From positions 1 through 37,615 of the forward strand of contig JWZX01003122.1 of NCBI GenBank assembly GCA_001275005.1: a stretch of 37,615 nucleotides of DNA, written 5' to 3'. Of the stretch, positions 18,040 through 26,698 are shown piece by piece. A program made the translations under genes and the position numbers. The stretch comes from Chrysochromulina tobinii. Its lineage: Eukaryota. The notes beneath the pieces were generated by a model, which saw only the letters and a list, made by a program, of their open reading frames with translations, ran no database searches and had not been told where the DNA came from. The first letter of the stretch is position 1. Each line of letters starts with the position of its first letter.

Positions 18040-21000
18040 TCAAAGATGTTGAGCGCCGTACAACGCCCTGCTGTTTAGAGCGTCAACGCCGCCTGACATT
18101 GTGGCGAGAGATCTATCGAGAAGGGCGCGGCTGTCCTCCTGGGCAGGTAGTGCAACCGACGGTGCCGGTGATGTTTTAGCGACTGGTCCCTTGCCTTCCG
18201 CCTTGCCTTCCATCGCTCCCCAGAACGCCTGCGCTTTTGCGACTTCTTTGGAATCCTTTGGCGGTGACTGTGCCCTGTCTGCTTTGGGTTCCTTGGGCGG
18301 CGACTGTGCCCTGTCTGCTTTGGGTTCTTTGAGCGGCGACTGTGCCCTGCCTGCTTTGGGTTCCTTTGGCGGCGACTGTGCCCTGCCTGCTTTGGAATCC
18401 TTTGGCGGCGACTGTGCTGTCATATCTTCGCGCGTCTCGAGCGTTCCTCCCCGCGTCCCCCGCGTCCCCCGCATATCTCGGGACACATGCGACTCTCGCG
18501 AAACACGCGACTCGGCGACGTCCTTCTGCGCCGACCGGGGCGACGGCTTGACTGCTCGCGGCTGCGGCTCTTCGGGAGGCGGAGGCGGCGCGCGCGCCTG
18601 CCCGGGAGGTCTCGCCATCGCTGGAGATGTAGACGTGGGATCAAGCACATGGCGCTTGAGAGCAGTAGCACCGCCTGACATGGTGGCAAGAGAACTATCG
18701 AGAAGGGCTCTATCGACGCGTACATTGCCTTCCCATTTTGCGTCCATGGCTCCCCAGAACATCTGCTTTGAGCGGGCGTTTTCGGGCAGGTTCTCGGGCA
18801 GGCGGGCCTTCATTTTGAGCTCTTGCTCTACGGGCTTCCGCACGATGGTGCGTACATCAAAAAACTGCTGCTCCCCCCCCTCCTTCAACCAGGGCATCGG
18901 TGGTGGCGACAATGGCATCTTGGCAGCTTTCTCGGCAGCTTCCTTGGCAGCTTCCGCGCGGTCGCGCTCCTTCTTGGCGGCAATCTCTGCCATGCGGGCC
19001 GCATGCACCGCCTGCACGTGCGACATCTCCTCCTTGGGCGGCGAGGGTGCCCTGTCTGCTTTGGGTTCCTTGGGCGGCGACTGTGCCCTGCCTGCTTTGG
19101 GCTCCTTTGGCGGCGACTGTTTGGGTTCTTTGGGCGGCGACTGTGCCCTGCCTGCTTTGGAATCCTTTGGCGGCGACTGTGCTGTCATATCCGCGCGCGA
19201 CTCGAGCGTTCCTCCCCGCGTCCCCCGCGTCCCCCGCAACTCTCGGGACACAGGCGACTCTGCGACGTCCTTCGTCGTCGGCCCGCTCGCGCCACGTGCC
19301 CCTGCTTTCGGCGGTGCCCCTGCTTTTGGCGGTGATGGCGTCCGAGCGCGCGCGTTCTCTTGGGGTGGTGACTGCTTGATCGCTCGCGACTGCGTTCTAT
19401 CGGCTGCCTTCTCCTCCGCCATCTTTACCCCCACTGAATCTGTTGTTCCTCCCTGCTTCTTTATCTTCTTCAACGAGGCAATCGGAGGCGGCAGTGTGGC
19501 AACCTTCTCGGCAGGTGGCTCCGGGTCATTGACCTTGACCGCGTTGGGCGAGCGGGAGCGCGGCCTGTGCGGCGACAGCGCGCGAGCACGAGCCTTGTCG
19601 GGAGCCGGCGACGCTGTGCTGACTCGCAGCTGCGCCTTCTCGGGCCGCAACGGCGAGGGCGTGCTGGCTAGCGGTTGGGTTGCTGGTGGTGGGCTCTCTT
19701 TTGGGACGTATGGCCGACGTGGCGGTCGCTCCGGCTCCTCAGGTGGGCTTATACGCCCCGAAGGACGCTGCCGTGGGTTTTTTTGCGGAGCCGATGGTTG
19801 CGGTGCGGCTGGCTGTGGCTGCGGCTGCGGCTGTGGCCGTGGCTGGGGCTGGGGTTGTGGCTGAAGCGAGGGTTCAGGTCCATAGACCTTGAGTGCATTG
19901 GGAGAGCGAGCGCGAGCCTTCGTGTTCGGTGGAGAGGACGTACGAGCTCGATCCTTCTCGGCGGTCGGCGAGCTCGAGCGGGCGCGATCCTTGGCAGGAG
20001 GCGGCGACTGCGTTCGAGCGTGATTCTCGACTTGCGAGGCTGCGGAAAGTCGCTCGGGAGGCGGCGACTTCGAGCGAGCGCGAGGCTGGGGCTGCGGCGA
20101 GATCGAGCGAGATCGGTCCTTGGCGGGCGGAGGCGAGACAATCGTGGGTGAGATCGTGGGTGCGAGCTTGGCCGGCATGCGAGCGGGAAGCACCGGTCGA
20201 GAGTTCCAGTCGGGCTTGGGCGGTGACGGCGTGAGGGTGAGCCCATTGCCCAAGTCCAATCCTCGCTGAGGCTTGGGTGGCGAGGGGGTCCGGGCTCGCG
20301 GTCGGGCCTTCACAGGAGGCGATGGCAGGGAGTCGAATGCTGACTGAAGCTTGGGAGGCGACGGTGTGCGGGCTCGCGGTCGGGCAGGCGCAGGGGCTGC
20401 ATTCGACCTGGAAGGATCGTTATCGGGAGGCGGCGAGATCAACTGGGCGCGATCCTTGGCAGCAGATGGCGACGGCGACCTGGAGCGATTCATTCGCTCC
20501 ATTTGCGAGGCTGCGGAAAGTCGCTCGGGAGGTGGCGACTTCGAGCGAGCGCGCGGCTGGGGCTGCGCAAAGGCTGCGTTCCACTCGGCTCGGTCGATAC
20601 GTCCGTCGCCGTTGCGGTCAATAGCAGAGAAGAGGTCCGCAGGCGGCGAGCTCTCAGAGGGATCGTAAGGCCGCCGAGCCGGTCGTTCTGCCAGTGCAGA
20701 GACCTCCTTAGCTGCCTGTACCCTTGCCGCCTCCTTGCGCTCAAGCTCGGCCAGCCGTGCCACCGCAGCCGCCTTCACCTGCGCCGCAACGGCTTTGCTC
20801 ACGCCAGGGGGCTCGCCGCGGAGCTCAATCTTGTCACGGACGATGGTCTCGTCAATCCTGCCACGGAGGATGGTCTCGAGCTCGCGGAGCTCAATCTGAC
20901 CTGAGCTGTCTACGTCCCAAGACCGGAAGAGCGCTGCCACGTGGCGGGGCTCCATCTCGAGGCCCAGGTGCGCAATCGCCCGCTGCAGCTCACGGCACTG

Positions 21001-24000
21001 TATGCGCCCATCGCCGGACTCATCCCACTCGCGGAACAAGTCGATCATGCGCGCAAACCGGCCGCGCAGTGCGTTCATCAGCTGCTGCGGAATGGGTGGC
21101 GCCCCTTCACCTTCGTCAATCTCGATCGAGCTCGTGATAGGCATCACGGAGCTCGCATCCGAGGGCTTTTGTCGTGGGGGCTTGTGTGGCAGTGCCTCTG
21201 ACATCGCTTCTGCTGCTCCAGCTGTACCGCCCGTCTTCTTGCCCTTCGCCTTCCGCTTCGGCGAAGGTGTCGAGGAAGGCATCTTGGGCGGCGAGGGTGG
21301 CGGCGAGGTGGGCGCTCTGGGAGGTGACTTAACGTCCACCATGGGGGCGCCCTTGGGCCCCTTGGACGGGGATGGTGGCTTCTTCGGCGGCGAGGAAGAC
21401 CCAATGAGCGGCGACACGGGCGCTGCTACCTTGGGCCCTGACGACGACTTTGGACGCTTGGGCGGCGATATGGCGGCACGAACCCTCTTAAGTTCCTCCT
21501 CCATCGCCACGGCCTCGGCAGCGGCAGCGTCGGCAGCGGCGATGGCCTCGGCGACAGCAGCCCTGCGAGCGGAGGCATTGGCGGCAGCCCTGGCGGCTGC
21601 GTCGGTGGCAGCCTTGATGGCAAGGTTAGCGACAGCCTTGGCTGTAGCCTTGGCAAAATCCTGGGTGGCCCTCTCAGCGGCAGGTCCACCAAGGCGCGAC
21701 TTGCTAGGGGACTCTGCCTTCAGTGCAACGACCCGAGCACCCGGCGCAAACGCGACGGCAAAGACTTCAAACGTGAGATCCGTGCCCTTCTTGCCATGAT
21801 GCTTGTTGATGCTAAGGATCATCTCCTGAGCTGCCTCCTCCTCCATGACCACTTGCAACTTCCGCAATGCGATTACCAGCTCATCGGCAGAGACGCTACC
21901 CCCATGGTTCTCATCAATCGTGTCAAAGGCCACCTTCGCGCCCGTACGCGCGACGACAGTCTGCAACATTATCATCGCCTGCTCCACCGTAACCTGTGAC
22001 TGCTGCTGTTGATGTGACGTCTGCGGCGAGGGAGTGCGGGCTTGAGGCTGCGCCTTTTGCGGAGGCGCTGGCGGCTCCTGCGGCTGCGGCGTGGGAGTGC
22101 GGGCATGCGGCTGCGCCTTTTCCTGAGGCGTTGGCAGCTTCTGCGGCTGCGGCGTGGGAGTGCGGGCATGCTGCTGCGCCTTTTCTGGAGGCGCTGGCAG
22201 CTTCTGCGGCAGCGGCGTGGGAGTGCGGGCTTGCGGCTGCGCCTTTTCCGGAGGCACTGGTAGCTTCTGCGGCTGCGGCGTGGGAGTGCGGGCTTGCGGC
22301 TGCGCCTTTTCCGGAGGCGCTGGCAGCTTCTGCGGCTCCGCTCGGACTAGGTGGCCGACAAGCGGACTAGGCCCTACTAGCACAGGGTTAGGCTCGGGGC
22401 GGGCTTGAAAGTGGACGTGTGCGAGCGTGGGTGACGCATGCGACGGCGACCCGCTCTCCTCGGTCTGTGTTGCTCGCGCCAAGCCAGTACTCCGAGATGC
22501 GACTCGCTGCTCCTTGTCGACCGACGCCTCGAGTACCTGCAGCCTCTTTTGAGCACCGTCCGCCTCCCGAAGAGCTTGTTTGGCGGCGTCGACCGCGTAG
22601 GCATGCTGCCCACGCTCCTCCGTGAGGGCGTCCTCCCACTGGTCCAATGCCTCAGATTGTGCCTCCAATTGCGACTCGCAATCCTCCAGCTCGGCGCCAA
22701 GCACGGTCGATTGCACCCGCAATTGCTCCTCCAAGGTGCCCGAGATGGTTGCTAGCCGATCGTACGTGGAGACCAGATCAATGACCAGCAGCCGTGCGTG
22801 CGCCACTCCGAGCGGAGCGAGCGCCGCCGTGCGCTCGTAGCCAGGCCCTAGGCGCTCAAGTCGCCAAGGCTCTCCTAGCGCATGCGCGCCCCCGCTCGTG
22901 CCCTCGTAACCTACCGAGTAGCGGAGCAACTCGTGCAGGGGGCGTGACGCGTACGCGAGCGGTGTGGACGTGGCCGCCTCTAGGACGGTGAGCTGCAGCG
23001 AGACGTCGGTACGGTTGAGCAAGTGCCTCGGTACTCGCATGCCAACCTCCGCATTCCACCAGACCTCGGAGGTACGTGTGTCGTCAAATGGAGCCGCTGC
23101 AGTCCGCATCTCGTCCACCTCGGCCAGTGGCGCCCTGTGAGTGTCGACCAGTGCGAAGGCGCAGCACAGCGACGCGTGATGGGGCCATGCGAGCTTGAAC
23201 GCGTCGGTGAATTGAGCGCCCGCGAGCGAAATGAGCAGCTGCCCATCCAGCGGTACCCATCGACGCACGAGCTCGCTCGAAAAGGGCGCGAGTTGACTCA
23301 CCATGTGCCGTCGGCGCCACAGACTCGCTGCCTCATCCACACGCTCGTGGGCCGCGGCCACCGACAGCTCCACCAGCGGCACGACGCGCTGCCTGCGCCG
23401 CTCGGCCGAGTGCGCCACTGCCTCGGCTCCGCGCTGCGCGCGCGCCCCCGGGCTGCTTCCGCTCACTACGGCGCGCTCGCGGTCGTAGGTGAGCCCGCCC
23501 GCGTCAACCACGAGTACTCGAGGCCACTCCCTCTCCACCTCTGGAACGTTCTCCTCCTCGTCCAGCCGTAAGGCCCTCCGAATCGTCGCGTCTTCATCGG
23601 CGACGTCGACACTTTCGTCCTCTTCGGCCTCGCCCGTCGAGCATGGCGCCGCGTCCGAAGGCTCTAGTAGCCTGAGCATATCTCGACGAAGCATCATCTG
23701 GCTGCTGTCGTCGGCGTCTTGTCCCAACGACGCCAGCCGCTCAAACTCGCTCGCAGGGCGTACGGCGTAGACACCAAGCATGCGCCGCTTCCATCGGCGG
23801 AGCCGCTCGCGCACTGCGCGCTTCGCATCGAGCTCATCATTCCCGGGCGGCATCGAGGCCACGCCGCGAGCTTCGGCAGTCGAGTCGTCGATCGTCAGCA
23901 TGACCCAGTGCGTGGGCGGCAGCGGCAGCGCGAGGAGTGCTGCGCACGTGGCGGCGGTAGGAGTGCCGGCCAGCACCCAACCCGACTGAACGGGACTATC

Positions 24001-24378
24001 CGCGAGGAGTGCTGCCGCCTCCTCGTCTTCGCCGTCGTCGTGCAGCCGCACGAGCCTCAGCTTGAGTTCAGTAGCTAGCCAGTCTGCGTGCTCGTGCACG
24101 CCGCTCAATTCGCTTCCGCACAAAACTACCCTCGCCTCGAGACCGCGCCGATTCGAAAAACGGCCCACCTCGCCGGTGCTGGCGCTGCCGGTGGCTCTCT
24201 TGCTGCTGAAGGGCTCGCTCCGCATCCTGTGCTCGCTGTGCACGCGCTCCACGGTCTCAGCCGCCTGCTGCTGCTGCTTGAGCAGGAGCCGGTCCTGCGC
24301 GCCGCGCTGGTGACGCTCAATGATCAGCGCCGACGCGGCGCTCGATGACGTTGGAGCGGTGGCCGGCCATGGCCTCAT
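18040..24378 (-). CDS. 2112-aa multidomain protein: degenerate adenylate-kinase-like domain, C2 domain, coiled coil, EF-hands, extensive Pro/Ser-rich repeats
   Basis: Uninterrupted ATG-TGA ORF. AK-like RVVLCGSELSGV...GWVLAGTP...PTHWVMLTIDD...VRERLRRW. C2-like GQLLISLAGA...EVWWNAEV...LQLTVLE...PLAYASRPLHELL. EF loops DENHGGSVSADEL, DESGDGRIQCREL, DVDSSGQIELREL and DRNGDGRIDRAEW. Confidence 0.85.
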   Translation of the reverse strand: MRPWPATAPTSSSAASALIIERHQRGAQDRLLLKQQQQAAETVERVHSEHRMRSEPFSSKRATGSASTGEVGRFSNRRGLEARVVLCGSELSGVHEHADWLATELKLRLVRLHDDGEDEEAAALLADSPVQSGWVLAGTPTAATCAALLALPLPPTHWVMLTIDDSTAEARGVASMPPGNDELDAKRAVRERLRRWKRRMLGVYAVRPASEFERLASLGQDADDSSQMMLRRDMLRLLEPSDAAPCSTGEAEEDESVDVADEDATIRRALRLDEEENVPEVEREWPRVLVVDAGGLTYDRERAVVSGSSPGARAQRGAEAVAHSAERRRQRVVPLVELSVAAAHERVDEAASLWRRRHMVSQLAPFSSELVRRWVPLDGQLLISLAGAQFTDAFKLAWPHHASLCCAFALVDTHRAPLAEVDEMRTAAAPFDDTRTSEVWWNAEVGMRVPRHLLNRTDVSLQLTVLEAATSTPLAYASRPLHELLRYSVGYEGTSGGAHALGEPWRLERLGPGYERTAALAPLGVAHARLLVIDLVSTYDRLATISGTLEEQLRVQSTVLGAELEDCESQLEAQSEALDQWEDALTEERGQHAYAVDAAKQALREADGAQKRLQVLEASVDKEQRVASRSTGLARATQTEESGSPSHASPTLAHVHFQARPEPNPVLVGPSPLVGHLVRAEPQKLPAPPEKAQPQARTPTPQPQKLPVPPEKAQPQARTPTPLPQKLPAPPEKAQQHARTPTPQPQKLPTPQEKAQPHARTPTPQPQEPPAPPQKAQPQARTPSPQTSHQQQQSQVTVEQAMIMLQTVVARTGAKVAFDTIDENHGGSVSADELVIALRKLQVVMEEEAAQEMILSINKHHGKKGTDLTFEVFAVAFAPGARVVALKAESPSKSRLGGPAAERATQDFAKATAKAVANLAIKAATDAAARAAANASARRAAVAEAIAAADAAAAEAVAMEEELKRVRAAISPPKRPKSSSGPKVAAPVSPLIGSSSPPKKPPSPSKGPKGAPMVDVKSPPRAPTSPPPSPPKMPSSTPSPKRKAKGKKTGGTAGAAEAMSEALPHKPPRQKPSDASSVMPITSSIEIDEGEGAPPIPQQLMNALRGRFARMIDLFREWDESGDGRIQCRELQRAIAHLGLEMEPRHVAALFRSWDVDSSGQIELRELETILRGRIDETIVRDKIELRGEPPGVSKAVAAQVKAAAVARLAELERKEAARVQAAKEVSALAERPARRPYDPSESSPPADLFSAIDRNGDGRIDRAEWNAAFAQPQPRARSKSPPPERLSAASQMERMNRSRSPSPSAAKDRAQLISPPPDNDPSRSNAAPAPARPRARTPSPPKLQSAFDSLPSPPVKARPRARTPSPPKPQRGLDLGNGLTLTPSPPKPDWNSRPVLPARMPAKLAPTISPTIVSPPPAKDRSRSISPQPQPRARSKSPPPERLSAASQVENHARTQSPPPAKDRARSSSPTAEKDRARTSSPPNTKARARSPNALKVYGPEPSLQPQPQPQPRPQPQPQPQPAAPQPSAPQKNPRQRPSGRISPPEEPERPPRRPYVPKESPPPATQPLASTPSPLRPEKAQLRVSTASPAPDKARARALSPHRPRSRSPNAVKVNDPEPPAEKVATLPPPIASLKKIKKQGGTTDSVGVKMAEEKAADRTQSRAIKQSPPQENARARTPSPPKAGAPPKAGARGASGPTTKDVAESPVSRELRGTRGTRGGTLESRADMTAQSPPKDSKAGRAQSPPKEPKQSPPKEPKAGRAQSPPKEPKADRAPSPPKEEMSHVQAVHAARMAEIAAKKERDRAEAAKEAAEKAAKMPLSPPPMPWLKEGGEQQFFDVRTIVRKPVEQELKMKARLPENLPENARSKQMFWGAMDAKWEGNVRVDRALLDSSLATMSGGATALKRHVLDPTSTSPAMARPPGQARAPPPPPEEPQPRAVKPSPRSAQKDVAESRVSRESHVSRDMRGTRGTRGGTLETREDMTAQSPPKDSKAGRAQSPPKEPKAGRAQSPLKEPKADRAQSPPKEPKADRAQSPPKDSKEVAKAQAFWGAMEGKAEGKGPVAKTSPAPSVALPAQEDSRALLDRSLATMSGGVDALNSRALYGAQHL
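18100..19280 (-). repeat. Internal segmental duplication containing 36-bp tandem arrays (AQSPPKEPKAGR)n
   Basis: The block KDVAES..RGTRGTRGGTLE.R.DMTAQSPPKDSKAGRAQSPPKEPK...FWGAM..K.EG...RALLD.SLATMSGG occurs twice (about 18680-19280 and 18100-18530). The 36-bp unit ggcggcgactgtgccctg(c/t)ctgctttgg occurs about 5 times at 18250-18416 and again at 19030-19185. Confidence 0.85.
22021..22337 (-). repeat. 63-bp coding minisatellite, 5 copies (PQKLPAPPEKAQPQARTPTPQ)
   Basis: cggctgcggcgtgggagtgcggg recurs at 22081 and 22144 (63-bp period); the 21-aa unit is visible five times in the translation. Confidence 0.9.
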
Positions 24379-24535
24379 AGACGAATCTCAACTCGCTTGC
24401 CGTTTCAGAAGTTTTTGGCAAAATTTTGCGGCACAACACATGCTCACAAGAGGCCCCTCCTCTCTGGAAACTTTCCTTCGAGAAGCCGTTTTCACTAATT
24501 CGCAGAAAGCAAAAGCCTCATTCTGTCGCCGCGAA
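24379..24535. promoter_or_regulatory. Putative compact bidirectional promoter
   Basis: 157 bp between the divergent ATGs (24378 minus, 24536 plus); locally AT-rich with A/T tracts (gtttttggcaaaattttg, ttttcactaatt). Confidence 0.5.
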
Positions 24536-25300
24536 ATGGACTTCATGGCGATGCTGGCGGAGGCTCGGGCAGCCAAGCGGAGGGCTTCGTCCTCTCAACA
24601 GGTTGACACGCATATGCCCGTCGAGAAAGTGGCCCGCCCCTCGCTGCTGGAAGTGGCCGATGACGTGCTTCATGCTGCCGAGTGGTGCACCTTGCAAGAG
24701 GAATCCACGCTGATTCGTGCAATTGAGAGTGCGCCTCACGCCGACTGGACACCACTTAGTGGGCGGCGTATTCAGAATCTTGGCGGCCTGCCTCGAGCAG
24801 ACGGAATGGTGCCACAGCCGCTCCCTCCGTGGGCACGATCGCTCTGCGACGCCCTTGTGCAAGCTGGCGTTTTCGACGCATCAACACCACCCAATCACAT
24901 ATTGCTCAACGAATACCAGCAAGGTCAGGGCCTTCCTGCCCACTGCGACGGGCCTCTCTACGACCCATGCGTTGCCATCATCTCCCTCGTCTCAGATGGC
25001 GTCCTCGAGTTCCTGCCAGAGGGGACTGATGACAAGGACAACGGACATAACGCCCAGCGCTTGCACGCAATGGTCCTGCTCCGCTCGCGCAGCCTGCTCG
25101 TCTTCAAAGGCAAGGCGTATGACGAGTGCCGTCACCGCTTACTGCCCGTCAGCTCGCGCCGCCTCTCTCTCACCGTGCGACGCGTGCGCAAGCTCCGCGA
25201 TGACACTGAGTCGGCGCCCTTGCCTGCTTGGGAGGAGAGGGCGGCCCTCGCACGCTGGCTCGACCCTTCACCGAGTTCGTCTGTCGTCGGTGTGTCCTAG
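24536..25300 (+). CDS. ALKBH6: AlkB-family 2OG-Fe(II) dioxygenase, ALKBH6-like
   Basis: ALKBH6-typical WTPLSGRRIQNLGG...PLPPW and PNHILLNEYQQGQGLPAHCDGPLYDP (HxD), RSLLVF..AY..RH (distal His), RLSLTVR (RxxxxxR). Start placed at MDFMAM (24536) because the upstream extension overlaps the divergent gene and its AT-rich spacer. Confidence 0.88.
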   Translation: MDFMAMLAEARAAKRRASSSQQVDTHMPVEKVARPSLLEVADDVLHAAEWCTLQEESTLIRAIESAPHADWTPLSGRRIQNLGGLPRADGMVPQPLPPWARSLCDALVQAGVFDASTPPNHILLNEYQQGQGLPAHCDGPLYDPCVAIISLVSDGVLEFLPEGTDDKDNGHNAQRLHAMVLLRSRSLLVFKGKAYDECRHRLLPVSSRRLSLTVRRVRKLRDDTESAPLPAWEERAALARWLDPSPSSSVVGVS

Positions 25301-25482
25301 ACTGAAGCCACAATACCGACAAAGTCGAAAGTGAATGTTTGGTTGCCTAGCTGTTAAGGCGCCATTTACATGCTCGCTCGCACATGCACAAATCTCAAAT
25401 GCAGGTTCCGCCTCGCGCTTCCGGCGCGATACCGGTAAAAGACGCCGCGGTGAAAATCAAGGTTCGAGTTCCGCAACGTGTC

Positions 25483-25530
25483 GGTAGGGTGCTGTGATGG
25501 TCGGGTGCTGTGACGGTCGGGTGCTGTGAC
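25483..25530 (+). repeat. 16-bp tandem repeat x3 (GGTCGGGTGCTGTGAC)
   Basis: ggtagggtgctgtgat ggtcgggtgctgtgac ggtcgggtgctgtgac, between convergent 3' ends. Confidence 0.85.
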
Positions 25531-25753
25531 TTGACCTGACTTGAAAGCAGTATGAAAGCAGCGCTGTGACCCTGAGAACAGGTACTTGGAGTCACTGCGG
25601 CTCACCGTCACCTCTTGTGGGTCGACCCGAAGTGCGCGAGCATCGCGAGCTTGAAGCAGAGGCTCATGGGACACTCAGGATCGCTCAGCACAGCGGCATA
25701 ATGCTCTGGTCTCAAATCTGCAGCACGGCGTCGCCTGGTCATCACGGCGACGG

Positions 25754-26698
25754 CTATTGCGGCAAACATGGCACTGTGGCAGCATTCGTTCTCAATGCAG
25801 AGAGCGCGGCGATGATCTCTTCGCTTTTCCCATTGGCTTTCTGCCCGAAAGACTTGGCGGTCTTTTGGAGCTCGCTTCGGCTCAGCGATCGGAGCGCTCC
25901 GGGCGAGAGCAAAGCCTGACTGGCGTCGGCGACGAAAGCATCAGAAGCTCCAGACGCCTTTTCTTCAGCACCCCCCTCCCCCTCCCTCCCTCCCTCCCTC
26001 TCAAAATCGGCGAGAGCGACGGTATGCCGCGCCTGAGTAAAGGCTGCGCCTATTCGAGAAGACCACTCCCCTCTACTTGCTACGCTCGTTTCACCACCTG
26101 AGATGAGCTGGTGAAGCACGGCCTGTAGCGCGGGCATGCCATGCTTCTCCAGGACCAGCGTGAAATCGTGTTCAAACGCCTTCACCGCGGCTTGCTTCGT
26201 TGCCAAGTATGGGTCATGTACCGGGGCCATGAATGGGTCTCGCAAGACTTCGTTGATTAGCTCCCATTTACAATGAGCCAGCGAAATCCAGCCAAGATGC
26301 TGCGCACGCGCGCTTTGCAGGTGATGCCGATTTCTCTCGAGAGCAATAGTGTAAGGGACGCCGTGGTACTGCGCACTAAAGAATAAAACTGCGTCGACAA
26401 GTTCGAAGAAGGCCTCGTTGTCAGCGTCTAGCAGCTGCTGGCCTACATCGCTGTCGAGCTCCCACTGTGATGAGGGGAGCACCGACGGCTCCACCTCATT
26501 CACTGCTTCTGATGGAAGCCGCTTGAACAAGCGCATGCCCCAGAAGAAGTTGAAGGCGAGAACACGCAGCCTCGACGGCATCTGGCGTGCACGAAACTCA
26601 TTCTCTGAAACGTCTGTGCTGCTGCGATTGAAGTAAGGGTTGCCTCGAGCGTCCTCGAAGATCTCGGGAATCAGGCCCACCAGCGCATCCGAGGTCAG
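25754..26698 (-). CDS. Out-of-frame (-1) C-terminal continuation of the NYN-LOTUS gene: end of LOTUS copy 3, an unknown helical domain and a C-terminal SAP/HeH-like motif
   Basis: No ATG near its 5' end (the track uses GTG 26680). Its first residues (G)FLTSDALVGLIPEIFEDARGNPYFNR align with RFLASAHLADVMPPIIRDQLGNMYLDL of the upstream repeats. The C-terminal LRSLSRSELQKTAKSFGQKANGKSEEIIAAL resembles SAP/NuSAP-N helix-extension-helix motifs. Confidence 0.7.
   Translation of the reverse strand: MTSDALVGLIPEIFEDARGNPYFNRSSTDVSENEFRARQMPSRLRVLAFNFFWGMRLFKRLPSEAVNEVEPSVLPSSQWELDSDVGQQLLDADNEAFFELVDAVLFFSAQYHGVPYTIALERNRHHLQSARAQHLGWISLAHCKWELINEVLRDPFMAPVHDPYLATKQAAVKAFEHDFTLVLEKHGMPALQAVLHQLISGGETSVASRGEWSSRIGAAFTQARHTVALADFEREGGREGEGGAEEKASGASDAFVADASQALLSPGALRSLSRSELQKTAKSFGQKANGKSEEIIAALSALRTNAATVPCLPQ

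Noticed and set aside
18101..19864. 587-aa plus-strand ORF with GGDCAL repeats
   Set aside because: Exact antisense of the QSPPK repeat region of the 2112-aa gene; no independent evidence.
24320..24535. 72-aa N-terminal extension of ALKBH6 in the ORF track
   Set aside because: Overlaps the start of the divergent gene and an AT-rich promoter-like spacer; no AlkB similarity.
25441..25480. GGTTCGAGTTCC resembling a tRNA T-loop / B-box
   Set aside because: The spacing does not fit GTTCRANNC, and no cloverleaf, A-box or acceptor stem could be built.
25483..25530. Short direct repeats considered as a CRISPR array (also the 36-, 63- and 69-bp repeats)
   Set aside because: Head-to-tail with no unique spacers, mostly in-frame coding repeats, no cas genes, eukaryotic context.
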